Position numbers and translations under genes: made by a program. Positions 28,726 through 37,926 of a stretch of 64,000 nucleotides of DNA are shown here, piece after piece. The notes below the pieces were generated by a model, which was not told the DNA's origin, did no database searches, and saw nothing but the letters and a program-made list of their open reading frames with translations. How positions within the stretch are numbered: the first letter of the stretch is position 1; each line of letters opens with the position of its first letter. Where the stretch lies: positions 4,412-68,411 of the forward strand of contig URIR01000005.1 of assembly GCA_900547955.1 (NCBI GenBank). The letters are read 5' to 3'. The stretch comes from an uncultured Eubacteriales bacterium (GTDB lineage: Bacteria > Bacillota > Clostridia > Christensenellales > QALW01).

Positions 28726-29728
28726 GTCCTCTTCTTATAAGCGAAAGTAGAGCTGCGGCAGTAATAGCGGCGGCTAGAGGCGGAATAAGACTGCCGCAGA
28801 TTATATACAGCCTGCATAAAATATAGGCTGAGCCGGCGGCGGCGGCCCTGGCCCCGATAAAAAAGAGAGGGCTTATTTCCTTAGGCAGAAAGGCCAGCGC
28901 CTGCATGCATATGGAAAGTCCGGAAAAGCTTAAAAGGAAAGAGCATATAGGGAGCAGGCTTTCAAGGGGCAGTCCCAGCGCGCTTAGGCGGCTTATGCCG
29001 TTGGTCATTTCCATTATACCGGCAATTATTCCTCCGGCTAAGCCGTTTAAAAGCCCGAAATCATCAGCCAGCGCTATTATTACTCCGAAAAGGAGCATAT
29101 ATCCGCCTACTGAGAGTATGGCTTTAATAGAGGAGAGTATGCTTCTGCGCATAATTTCTCCTATGGAAGAGACAATTTCTTCCGTCTGGATTATGTCCTG
29201 CCGGGAGGCGGCCGGCGAAAACAAGCCGTATAGAGAGCCGGTAAAAAGGCAGGCTAGATAATGTATAATAAGCAGGGGCAGGCCTAATTCGGGCGCCCCC
29301 AATATGGCGGCGGCTACGCTGCCTGTAATAAATACCGGGCCTGAGCTGTGACAGAGCACGCTCAGCGGTTTAAGCTGAGAGAGGGAGATATATTTTTGAT
29401 TATAAAGCTCTCCGCACATGCGCGCGCCTGTGGGGTAACCGCATAACAGGCTCATGGCCAGAGCATAGCCCCCTGCTTTGGGCATGCCCATAAAGCGCAT
29501 AAGGGGCTTGAGTATTTTGCCGAAAGCGGGCGCGCAGCCTAAAAGAAGGAGTGCCTGGGAGGCTATAAAAAAGGGAAGCAGCGCGGGCAGCACAGCTTTT
29601 GCCCAAAGCAGGATAATATCCGCCGCGCCCTTAAGTACTGTTTGGGAGCGGCAGATTGAGAGTATAATAAAAGCGGCAAACAGCAGTATATATATGTATC
29701 TGGGTCGAAAAATTCTTTTTATCTTCAA
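28676..29728 (-). CDS. ylbJ: Sporulation integral membrane protein YlbJ-like (nucleoside-recognition domains)
   Basis: Polytopic membrane protein convergent on rsmD-coaD, as in B. subtilis ylbH-coaD-ylbJ. TTG start at 29728 has GGAGG 8 nt upstream. Confidence 0.7.
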   Translation of the reverse strand: MKIKRIFRPRYIYILLFAAFIILSICRSQTVLKGAADIILLWAKAVLPALLPFFIASQALLLLGCAPAFGKILKPLMRFMGMPKAGGYALAMSLLCGYPTGARMCGELYNQKYISLSQLKPLSVLCHSSGPVFITGSVAAAILGAPELGLPLLIIHYLACLFTGSLYGLFSPAASRQDIIQTEEIVSSIGEIMRRSILSSIKAILSVGGYMLLFGVIIALADDFGLLNGLAGGIIAGIMEMTNGISRLSALGLPLESLLPICSFLLSFSGLSICMQALAFLPKEISPLFFIGARAAAAGSAYILCRLYIICGSLIPPLAAAITAAALLSLIRRGLISRTGRGTASPGRHT

Positions 29729-29814
29729 GCGGTACGCCTCCTTGGCATGGCCTGCCGTTACTATAGAAAGTATATTCGGCTGTTTACTAGATTATGAGCT
29801 AAAAGGAGTTTTTA

Positions 29815-31473
29815 ATGAGCTATAAGGCGCTTTACAGAAAATGGCGGCCTGAATTTTTCCGTGACGTAGTAGGGCAGGAGGTTATAGTGCGCACGCTAAG
29901 GGCGCAGATAGCTTCGGGCCATATAGCGCACGCTTATCTTTTTACCGGACCGCGCGGCACGGGCAAGACCAGCATGGCTAAAATTTTTGCGCGCGCGATA
30001 AACTGTCCCGAGCCAGAGGAGGGCGACGCCTGCGGTAAATGCGAGGTATGCGCCGCTCTTAGGGGAGAGGCGATGGACATTGTTGAAATGGACGCCGCCA
30101 GCAATAATGGTGTGGACGAGATACGGGCGCTCAGGGAGAATATAGTTTTCCCGCCTGCGGTGGGGAAATATAAGGTGTATATAATAGACGAAGTGCATAT
30201 GCTTTCGCAGGGCGCGTTTAACGCGCTGCTGAAAACTCTTGAGGAGCCGCCTGAGCATGCGGTGTTTATTCTGGCTACTACCGAGGTGCATAAGCTTCCG
30301 GCCACTATTCTTTCCAGATGTCAGCGCTTTAATTTTAAGAGCATAAGCGTTTCGGATATAAGCGGTTATCTTGAAAAGGTGCTTAAGGCAAGCGGCGCCA
30401 GCTTTGAGCCTCAGGCGGTAGAGCTGATAGCCCGGTCGGCCGAGGGAGGAATGAGAGACGCGCTGTCAATAGCCGATATGTGCTTATCCTATTGCGGGGA
30501 TAAGGTGGGATACGAGGACGTCGTAAGCATTTTAGGCACGGCGGACAGAGAATTTATGTTTAAATGCGCCGAAGCGCTGATAGATTCGGATGTAAAAGGC
30601 GCGCTGGACTCCTGCGCTCAGCTTATCGACGGCGGCGGGGATATAGGCGTATTTATAAGAGATATTATGAGTCATCTTTCAGATGTGCTTACGGCCAAGC
30701 TTGCAGGCAGGGAGGCGTTAAAGGCTTTGCCTGAGGATATCGCCAAAAGGCTGTGTCTCCAGGGAGAGCGCTCCGACTCGGACAGACTGATGCGCGCGAT
30801 AGAATTGCTGGCTCAGGCGGAGAGCGAGCTTAAGCAGCATTCGCGGCCCAGGGTTATCCTAAGCGCAGTTATGGCCAGAATCTGTACGCCCAGGCTGGAG
30901 GAGGACGCCTCGGCGCTTAGGGACAGGCTTTCATCCCTGGAAAAGGAATTGGACCGTCTTAAGATGGAGGGCGCCGCGGCTATGGCCCAGGCGGGTCAAT
31001 CGGGGCGGCGGGGAGACCAACCGGGTATTGAGCCTTCCTCAGGAATTCCGCGGCCGGCAAAGGAGGCTAGGGCTGATTCCGCTAAAGCGGGGCCTGCAGT
31101 AAAAAAAGCCTCTTCGGCGCGAAACGAAGCAGAACCGGATTCCCAGAGCGAGCTTTGGGAGGCGCTGCTGGCAAGAATGCGCAAAAACGCCATGCCTGTT
31201 TATATGACGCTTAAAAGCGCTGAAGGAGGACGCAGGCAGGATAACGCATATATAATTATGTTTGCTCCAGAGCATGAGAGCAAGATGAAATTTATCAGCG
31301 GCAAGGCGGAGGCTATAGCTAAGGAATTGGAGGCGCTTACGGGTGAAAAATTAGCCGTGCGTACCGAACAAACGGCGTCCGAGCCTAAAAAAAACGAGCA
31401 GGATGAGCTTATCGCAAATATAATAGATATATTTGGAGAAGAAAATATACATTTTAAAGATTCGGAGGAATGA
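29815..31473 (+). CDS. dnaX: DNA polymerase III gamma/tau subunit
   Basis: GPRGTGKTSMAKIFARAINC, DEVHMLS, SRCQRF. Confidence 0.92.
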   Translation: MSYKALYRKWRPEFFRDVVGQEVIVRTLRAQIASGHIAHAYLFTGPRGTGKTSMAKIFARAINCPEPEEGDACGKCEVCAALRGEAMDIVEMDAASNNGVDEIRALRENIVFPPAVGKYKVYIIDEVHMLSQGAFNALLKTLEEPPEHAVFILATTEVHKLPATILSRCQRFNFKSISVSDISGYLEKVLKASGASFEPQAVELIARSAEGGMRDALSIADMCLSYCGDKVGYEDVVSILGTADREFMFKCAEALIDSDVKGALDSCAQLIDGGGDIGVFIRDIMSHLSDVLTAKLAGREALKALPEDIAKRLCLQGERSDSDRLMRAIELLAQAESELKQHSRPRVILSAVMARICTPRLEEDASALRDRLSSLEKELDRLKMEGAAAMAQAGQSGRRGDQPGIEPSSGIPRPAKEARADSAKAGPAVKKASSARNEAEPDSQSELWEALLARMRKNAMPVYMTLKSAEGGRRQDNAYIIMFAPEHESKMKFISGKAEAIAKELEALTGEKLAVRTEQTASEPKKNEQDELIANIIDIFGEENIHFKDSEE

Positions 31474-31476
31474 ATT

Positions 31477-31812
31477 ATGGCAAAAGGCGGTTTTGGAGGT
31501 TTTGGCGGAGGAAATATGCAGCAGCTTATGAGGCAGGCTCAGAAGATGCAGCAGGATATGGAACAGGCGCAGCAGGAGCTGGGCCAAATGCAGATTGAGG
31601 CCAGCGCGGGCGGCGGTATGGTGAGCTGTACGGTAACGGGGCTTAAGGAAATAGTCTCCATAAAGATTAATCCCGCTATTGTGGACCCGGAGGATATAGA
31701 GCTGCTGGAGGATACGATTACTGCGGCGGTTAAGGAGGCTTTAGCCAAGGCTGAGGAAGCTCACGGCGAGCGCATGGGCCGGATAACCGGCGGCATGGGA
31801 GGTATGTTTTAA
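31477..31812 (+). CDS. ybaB: Nucleoid-associated protein YbaB/EbfC
   Basis: NMQQLMRQAQKMQQDMEQAQQEL... and the conserved dnaX-ybaB-recR order. Confidence 0.9.
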   Translation: MAKGGFGGFGGGNMQQLMRQAQKMQQDMEQAQQELGQMQIEASAGGGMVSCTVTGLKEIVSIKINPAIVDPEDIELLEDTITAAVKEALAKAEEAHGERMGRITGGMGGMF

Positions 31813-31820
31813 TTTTGAGC

Positions 31821-32414
31821 ATGTATATCGAACCTTTGGCGCGAGCAGTCAACGCGCTGTCCAAGCTGCCTGGAGTGGGCGGCAAATCGGCGCTTAGACT
31901 GGCTTATCATCTTATAGATATGCCTGAAGCGGACGTAAAGGAATTATCCGAGGCAATCCTGAGTGTGAAGGAAAAGGTAAAATACTGCCAGATATGCGGA
32001 AATTTCTGCGAGGAGGACATTTGCTCCATATGTCGAGACGAGGGCAGGGATAAGAGCACCGTGTGCGTAGTGCGCGACCCGCGCGATGTTATAAGCATGG
32101 AGCGCATGCGCGATTACCGCGGAGTTTATCATGTCCTGCACGGAACCATATCTCCGATGAACGGCATAGGGCCGGAGCAATTAAAAATAAAGCAGCTTTT
32201 GGAGCGCATTTCGCAGGGGGGCATTCAAGAGGTCATTCTGGCTACTAATCCGGACGTGGAGGGAGACGCTACAGCGCTTTATCTGGCCAGGCTGCTTAAG
32301 CCTCTGGGCGTAAGGGTAACGCGCATAGCATACGGTATTCCCATCGGAGGCGAGCTGGAATATATAGACGAGGTTACTCTTTCAAGGGCGATGCAGGGGC
32401 GCCGGGATATGTAA
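31821..32414 (+). CDS. recR: Recombination protein RecR
   Basis: LSKLPGVGGKSALRLAYHL, a C4 zinc finger CQICGNF....CSIC, and a Toprim region. Confidence 0.92.
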   Translation: MYIEPLARAVNALSKLPGVGGKSALRLAYHLIDMPEADVKELSEAILSVKEKVKYCQICGNFCEEDICSICRDEGRDKSTVCVVRDPRDVISMERMRDYRGVYHVLHGTISPMNGIGPEQLKIKQLLERISQGGIQEVILATNPDVEGDATALYLARLLKPLGVRVTRIAYGIPIGGELEYIDEVTLSRAMQGRRDM

Positions 32415-32474
32415 TTTCCGGCTAGGCGTTTATACTTTTCAGCGGGTTTAATCTAATTTTAGGCGCAAATAGGG

Positions 32475-32578
32475 GGCGGCTCTTGAGCATGCCTGCTTTT
32501 TAAAGCGGGCATGCCCCCGGCGCGCCTGCTAAGGCCCGCCGGGGCGGCGCGGAAGCGCCGTCAAGAGCCGCCTTTTTT
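32475..32578 (+). terminator. recR terminator built as a 12-bp outer stem enclosing three contiguous hairpins, followed by T6
   Basis: GGCGGCTCTTGA (32475-32486) pairs with TCAAGAGCCGCC (32561-32572). Inner hairpins lie at 32487-32514, 32515-32544 and 32545-32560 (CGGCGC-GGAA-GCGCCG). TTTTTT lies at 32573-32578. Confidence 0.65.
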
Positions 32579-32657
32579 GTTCGGTCTCGGCCCGGCCAAG
32601 CTTCCGGTTCGGCCTCTGCTTCGCACTCTGTTTTGCAAGCAGGCTGTTTGGGCCGGT

Positions 32658-32754
32658 TGGTTCTGCCGGCGGCTTTTAGATATTGAAATTTTCCGCTTCC
32701 TGACTTGGTTCTGTTGGCGGCTTTTTAGATATTGAGCTTTTCCGTTCCCTGACT
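32658..32754 (+). repeat. Tandem direct repeat, 2 x ~48-49 bp
   Basis: GGTTCTGCCGGCGGCTTTTAGATATTGAAATTTTCCGCTTCCTGACT followed by GGTTCTGTTGGCGGCTTTTTAGATATTGAGCTTTTCCGTTCCCTGACT. Confidence 0.65.
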
Positions 32755-32873
32755 GCGCTTTTTTATCTGTATATTTGAAGCGAAAAAATTTACAAATATT
32801 TATTGAATTTTATATGGTTGTGTGCTATACTCTATTATCATAATCTGTTTTTATTATGGAGGTGGTTTCTTAC

Positions 32874-32945
32874 ATGGACGACGGCCCTGATTGTAATCAC
32901 GAAAAATGCCGCAACACAGTAGTTCCGTGTAGCGTTATGCATTGA
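32874..32945 (+). CDS. Candidate 23-aa Cys/His-rich small ORF (MDDGPDCNHEKCRNTVVPCSVMH)
   Basis: GGAGGTGG lies upstream (the GGAGG ends 11 nt before the ATG). The stop is followed at once by GC-rich hairpin(s) and a T6 run. It lies 110 nt upstream of the CNNM/CorC gene and is below the ORF-track length cutoff. Confidence 0.3.
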   Translation: MDDGPDCNHEKCRNTVVPCSVMH

Positions 32946-33055
32946 TTTCGGCCCCTTTCCGCGGGTAATGGGAAAGGGCCTGGAATCCCTTTATTTTTTG
33001 GGAAAATGCTTTAACGCCCTTTTAAATTGGGCATACTATTTTTGGAGGAATTATT

Positions 33056-34408
33056 GTGTTGTCGTCTGTTATTCTTTTAATTGTGCTTATTTTTATAAAC
33101 GCTGCTTTTGCCAGCGCGGAAATAGCTGTCATTTCCTTAAACGAGGTCAAGCTTAAAAAGCTTGCGCCCGAAGGGGATAAGAGGGTTAAGCGTCTTAATA
33201 AGCTTACCAAGCAGCCGGCCCGCTTCCTAGCCACTATACAGGTGGCTATAACCTTAGCCAGCCTGCTGCAAAGCGCGTTTGCCGCAGATAATTTTGCCGA
33301 GCCTATGGCAGCGGCTCTGCTGGCGGCGGGAGTCCCCATTTCTGCGGGAGTTCTGGAAACAATCTGTATTATAATTATCACTCTTATTCTTTCATATTTT
33401 TCTCTTGTTTTCGGAGAACTAGTTCCTAAGCGTATAGCCATGAAAAAAGCCGAATCCCTAGCCCTGGGCATGTCGGGCGTGCTTTACGGCGTTTCCAAGA
33501 TTTGCGCTCCTCTGGTTTGGCTGCTTACCGTATCTACTAACGGAATACTGCGGCTTATGCGTATAAATCCTGAGGAGGAGGACGAAAAGGTTACTGAAGA
33601 GGAAATCCGCGGCTTGCTTTTAGAGGGCAACGAGCAGGGTACTATTCAGGCTGAGGAAAACGAGATTATTCAAAATGTTTTTGAATTTAATGATACCGAC
33701 GTGCAGGAGCTCTGCACTCATCGCCGCGAAATAGTCGCGCTGCATATGGAGGACGACGATAGTCAGTGGGCGAAAACCATATTTGAAAACAGGCATACCT
33801 TTTATCCGGTCTGCGATAAGACTATGGACGATGTAATAGGCATATTGGATACTAGAGATTATTTCCGCATGAACGACCGAAGCCGGGATAATTTAATAGC
33901 TCATGCTATGCAGACTCCGTTGTTTGTGCCCGAAACTATGGCGGCTAATATACTTTTCCGCAGAATGAAGGAGAGCCGTACATATTTTGCGGTGGTTGTA
34001 GACGAATACGGCGGTCTGACAGGTATAATTACGCTGCATGATATTATGGAATCCCTGGTGGGCGAATTGGATGAAATGAACGCCCCTCCAAAGCCGTCTG
34101 ATATCGAGCAGCTTAAAGAGGACGAATGGAGCATACAGGGCTGCGCGCCTCTGGACGATGTGGCTGAAGCGCTCGACGTCCAGCTGCCTGTGGATATATA
34201 TGATACCTTCAGCGGTTATATCTGCGGCATGATAGACCGGGTGCCCAATGACGGGGAGCGCTTTAAATGCGAAAGCGAGGAGCTTATTATTGAAGTCAGG
34301 GAAGTGGAAAACCATACTATAGGCCAAACGGTTGTAAAACGTAAGGCTAAAGAGCCGGCTGAGGAGGAAAATATAAGGCCTAAGCGAAAAGCGCTTGAGC
34401 AGGAATGA
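33056..34408 (+). CDS. CNNM/HlyC/CorC-family transporter (DUF21 + CBS pair + CorC_HlyC)
   Basis: DUF21 N-terminus with FASAEIAVISLN, a CBS pair (...YFAVVVDEYGGLTGIITLHDIME) and a C-terminal CorC domain. GTG start has GGAGG 7 nt upstream. Confidence 0.85.
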   Translation: MLSSVILLIVLIFINAAFASAEIAVISLNEVKLKKLAPEGDKRVKRLNKLTKQPARFLATIQVAITLASLLQSAFAADNFAEPMAAALLAAGVPISAGVLETICIIIITLILSYFSLVFGELVPKRIAMKKAESLALGMSGVLYGVSKICAPLVWLLTVSTNGILRLMRINPEEEDEKVTEEEIRGLLLEGNEQGTIQAEENEIIQNVFEFNDTDVQELCTHRREIVALHMEDDDSQWAKTIFENRHTFYPVCDKTMDDVIGILDTRDYFRMNDRSRDNLIAHAMQTPLFVPETMAANILFRRMKESRTYFAVVVDEYGGLTGIITLHDIMESLVGELDEMNAPPKPSDIEQLKEDEWSIQGCAPLDDVAEALDVQLPVDIYDTFSGYICGMIDRVPNDGERFKCESEELIIEVREVENHTIGQTVVKRKAKEPAEEENIRPKRKALEQE

Positions 34409-34825
34409 AATCTGCAATATACAGCATGCCGCGAAAATTAGATAAAGCAGGCGTTTTAAAGAATTGCGGCAGGCGAAAGATTTTCAGGGGCGCGGCGCTA
34501 TTAAAGGATGAGCTTTGGTAAGACGGTATCAGAATAAAGCCGGTTTAATTTAAAAAACAGTATTATTGCAGAAACAGGGTGCGCTGCGGGTATAGGCGGC
34601 GCTTCCTGTTTTTTCTGTCTTGCCATGCGTCAGAGCATATTTTTTCGCAGGATAGATATAAAAATCATGGCTTGTCTAAGAATATCCGTGCTGTTTAAGC
34701 TGTTTTTGCTTGACGTAGCATTGCGGATGGGGTTAAAATATAAGCGGTTAGTCTGGGATAACTGAATTTTCTATGAAAGAAACAGACTAGTTTTAGACTG
34801 AAAAACAGCACAGCGCAAAAATGTG

Positions 34826-34853
34826 TTGTAAACTTTGGAAAATTAATTATAAT
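34826..34853 (+). promoter_or_regulatory. Candidate copA promoter
   Basis: TTGTAA-16 nt-TATAAT, ending 17 nt before the ATG. Confidence 0.4.
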
Positions 34854-34870
34854 AAATTCAGGTAGGTGAT

Positions 34871-37477
34871 ATGGTGAAGACAGAAAAATATAATGTTACC
34901 GGAATGACCTGTGCGGCCTGTCAGGCCAACGTAACACGCTGCGTTAAAAAGCTGGAGGGCGTAGAGGACGTAAACGTCAGTTTGCTGGCTAACAGTATGA
35001 CTGTTTTATATGACGAGAGCAGGCTGAAGCCTGAAAATATAATAAATGCCGTCCAGGCCGCGGGTTACAATGCGTCCAATATGGAAAAGGAGCTTAAGAA
35101 GGCTGAGGGCTTTAAAGGAGAATGGCTTTCAAGGAAGGAGCGCGCCGAATCAGAGCGCCAGGGAATGAAAAAACGGCTGCTGTATTCGGTTATTCTGCTT
35201 GTGCCTCTGATGTATATAGCTATGGGCGATATGCTCTCGCTGCCTGTTCCGTCCATATTAACCGGAACGCAGAACGCGCTGATTTCGGCTTTGGCTCAAT
35301 TGATTTTAACCGTACCTATAATTTTTATCAATAGACGTTTTTATCAATTTGGCTTTAAAGCGCTTTTTCACGGCGCTCCCAATATGGACTCGCTGGTGGC
35401 TATAGGCTCGGGCGCGTCCCTTATCTACGGGCTTTTTGCCATGTTCCGCATGGCTTATGGCTTTGGACGCGGGGACATGGCTGTGGTGCATGAGTATGCG
35501 CATGCGTTGTATTTTGAATCGGCTGCCATGATTTTAACGCTGGTGACGGTAGGCAAGTATCTTGAAGCCAGAAGCAAATCCAAGACCTCCCAGGCTCTGG
35601 ATAAGCTTATGGATCTTGCGCCTAAAACGGCGGTTATTATTAAAGACGGCGTGGAAATTGAGGTGCCTGCCGAGCAGGTTGCGGCGGGGGATATAGTTGT
35701 AGTACGCCCGGGCGGGGGAATACCTGTGGATGGAATTGTCGTTCAGGGGCGCGGCTATGTGGACCAGGCTGCAATAACAGGCGAGAGCATACCTGTGGAA
35801 AAAAATCCGGGAGATTCGGTTATCTCAGCTACAATAAATAAAAACGGAACATTTCAATTCAAAGCTTCAAAGGTGGGCGAGGATACGACGCTTTCTCAAA
35901 TTATCCGTCTTGTGGACGAGGCAAGCAATTCAAAGGCTCCAATAGCGCGTTTGGCCGATAAGGTGAGCGGCGTGTTTGTGCCCGTTGTTATTGCTATTGC
36001 TGCTGTAACGGCCGTTATATGGCTTATTGCGGGTGAGAATTTTGAGTTTGCGCTTTCCAACGCGATTTCAGTGCTGGTAATTTCCTGCCCGTGCGCGCTT
36101 GGCCTGGCTACCCCTGTGGCTATTATGGTAGGTACGGGTAAAGCCGCGGAAATGGGCATTTTAATAAAGTCGGCGGAAAGTCTGGAAAATTTGCATAATA
36201 TTGATACTATAGTTTTGGATAAAACGGGTACTATAACCTCAGGCAGTCCGGCAGTTACCGACATAATACCGCTGGGCGGGATTACGCGCGAAAAGCTTTT
36301 AATTACGGCTGCTTCGGCTGAAAGAGGAAGCGAGCATCCTTTAGCTCAGGCAATTGTGGAAAAGGCCGGGCAGGAGGGACTGTCTCTTTTGGCGGCTGAG
36401 AGCTTTGAGGCGGTTTCAGGCCGCGGAATAACGGCTTATATAGATGGAAAGAAAATTTTGGCCGGCAATGCCGCCTTTATGGAGGAGAACGGATTATTTG
36501 ACGGCGGGGATTCTCTTGCGGCGCTTGAAAAGGCCCGTGCTTTGGCTCAGGAGGGAAAAACTCCTCTTATATTTTCCTGCGGCGGCGAGCTCTTAGGAAT
36601 AATCGCCGTGGCGGACACTATACGCGAATCCAGCAGAACGGCTATAAAGCGGTTTGCGCAGATGGGCCTAAGAGTAGTTATGCTTACGGGGGATAATAGG
36701 ATAACTGCCGAGGCCATTAGAAAGGAACTGAATATTTCCGAGGCGATAACCGACGTGCTGCCTACTCAAAAGGAGGCGCATATCCGGGCGCTTCAGGAGC
36801 AGGGGCATAAAGTTGCTATGGTAGGAGACGGTATTAACGACGCTCCCGCTCTTACTCGAAGCGATGTGGGCATAGCTATAGGCGCGGGAACGGATATTGC
36901 TATTGAGTCGGCTGACGTGGTGCTTATGAAGGATTCGCTTGAAGACGTAGCTTCGGCTGTGCAGCTAAGCAGGGCGGTAGTGCGCAATATTCATATGAAT
37001 CTGTTTTGGGCGTTCTTTTATAATATTCTGGGTATTCCTCTGGCGGCGGGCGCGCTTTTCCCCGCCTTTGGGCTGCGGCTTAGTCCTATGATAGGCTCGG
37101 CGGCAATGAGCCTGAGCTCGGTGTGCGTTGTAGCCAATGCCCTGAGACTGCGCTTTTTTAAGGATAAAGGCCGTACTGCGGCTGTAAAGGAGAATGAAAG
37201 CGCTATTCCGGAACAGGAGCAAATAACCGCTGAACAGGCGGATAAAAAGGGAGATATGACTATGAAAAAAATAATTAAGGTAGACGGAATGATGTGCGCT
37301 CATTGCCAGGAGCATGTGCGCAAGGCGTTAGCGGCAGTTGACGGCGTGCAGTCGGTTGAGGTCAGCCTGGAGGATAAGCAGGCGGTCGTTGTTTTAAATA
37401 AGGAAGTGCCCGACTCCGCTTTAAATGAAGCGGTGACTGAGGCGGGATATACTCCTGTTGGCTGTATAAACGCTTAG
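34871..37477 (+). CDS. copA: Copper-translocating P1B-type ATPase with N-terminal and additional C-terminal HMA domains
   Basis: GMTCAAC (N-terminal HMA), CPC (SCPCALGLATP), DKTGT, GDGINDAP, and a C-terminal HMA domain with MMCAHC. Confidence 0.92.
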   Translation: MVKTEKYNVTGMTCAACQANVTRCVKKLEGVEDVNVSLLANSMTVLYDESRLKPENIINAVQAAGYNASNMEKELKKAEGFKGEWLSRKERAESERQGMKKRLLYSVILLVPLMYIAMGDMLSLPVPSILTGTQNALISALAQLILTVPIIFINRRFYQFGFKALFHGAPNMDSLVAIGSGASLIYGLFAMFRMAYGFGRGDMAVVHEYAHALYFESAAMILTLVTVGKYLEARSKSKTSQALDKLMDLAPKTAVIIKDGVEIEVPAEQVAAGDIVVVRPGGGIPVDGIVVQGRGYVDQAAITGESIPVEKNPGDSVISATINKNGTFQFKASKVGEDTTLSQIIRLVDEASNSKAPIARLADKVSGVFVPVVIAIAAVTAVIWLIAGENFEFALSNAISVLVISCPCALGLATPVAIMVGTGKAAEMGILIKSAESLENLHNIDTIVLDKTGTITSGSPAVTDIIPLGGITREKLLITAASAERGSEHPLAQAIVEKAGQEGLSLLAAESFEAVSGRGITAYIDGKKILAGNAAFMEENGLFDGGDSLAALEKARALAQEGKTPLIFSCGGELLGIIAVADTIRESSRTAIKRFAQMGLRVVMLTGDNRITAEAIRKELNISEAITDVLPTQKEAHIRALQEQGHKVAMVGDGINDAPALTRSDVGIAIGAGTDIAIESADVVLMKDSLEDVASAVQLSRAVVRNIHMNLFWAFFYNILGIPLAAGALFPAFGLRLSPMIGSAAMSLSSVCVVANALRLRFFKDKGRTAAVKENESAIPEQEQITAEQADKKGDMTMKKIIKVDGMMCAHCQEHVRKALAAVDGVQSVEVSLEDKQAVVVLNKEVPDSALNEAVTEAGYTPVGCINA

Positions 37478-37528
37478 AGAATGTAAAAGCCTGCTTTGGC
37501 CAAGACGGCATAAGCAAATATGGGCGTG

Positions 37529-37568
37529 AAAACGGCGCGGCTCCTCTTAGAAGCCGCGCCGTTTTTTT
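37529..37568 (+). terminator. Rho-independent terminator of copA
   Basis: AAAACGGCGCGGCT-cctcttaga-AGCCGCGCCGTTTT followed by TTTT. Confidence 0.75.
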
Positions 37569-37652
37569 ATGCTGTAAAAGGCGTTATGGGATTTGTAGTT
37601 TGCTCTAAATTCGCGGTTTCAATGAAAATCATGCTTTTCGGGTAAAATAATA

Positions 37653-37921
37653 TAGACAATATAATTAAAGCTCAATGCGTTTTTAAAGGAAATATCCGGC
37701 GCATCTGCTTTGCCGGGCAGTTTTCCGGTTTATACAGTATGCGTTAAGCTGCGCATATTTAACGCGGCGCAGCGGTATTTATGGCAAAAGTTCAGCAAGC
37801 CGAAAATTGTATTTTTAGCTTTGCCGGGCGGCGGAAAACGGAAATATCAGGATTATTTGCTTAATAACTGCGCGGCAAATAGCTTTGCTGACCTCGCATT
37901 GTATTCTGATTATATTATCTA
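37653..37921. mobile_element. MITE family B, divergent copy (265-bp body, TA/TA flanks)
   Basis: Ends GACAATATAATTAAAGCTCAATGCG ... CGCATTGTATTCTGATTATATTATC match the family-B termini at 42535 and 45746. The interior is diverged. Confidence 0.55.
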
Positions 37922-37926
37922 ATAAG

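Noticed and set aside
29729-29814. Looked for an SRP (4.5S/scRNA) gene upstream of dnaX, as in Bacillus
   Set aside because: The spacer is only 86 bp and shows no SRP domain-IV-like hairpin.
34748-34800. TTAGTCTG / CAGACTAG / TAGACTG repeats upstream of copA, as a possible metal-regulator operator
   Set aside because: They do not match the CsoR (GC-rich pseudo-palindrome) or CopY (TACANNTGTA) boxes, and no regulator gene is adjacent. Left unassigned.
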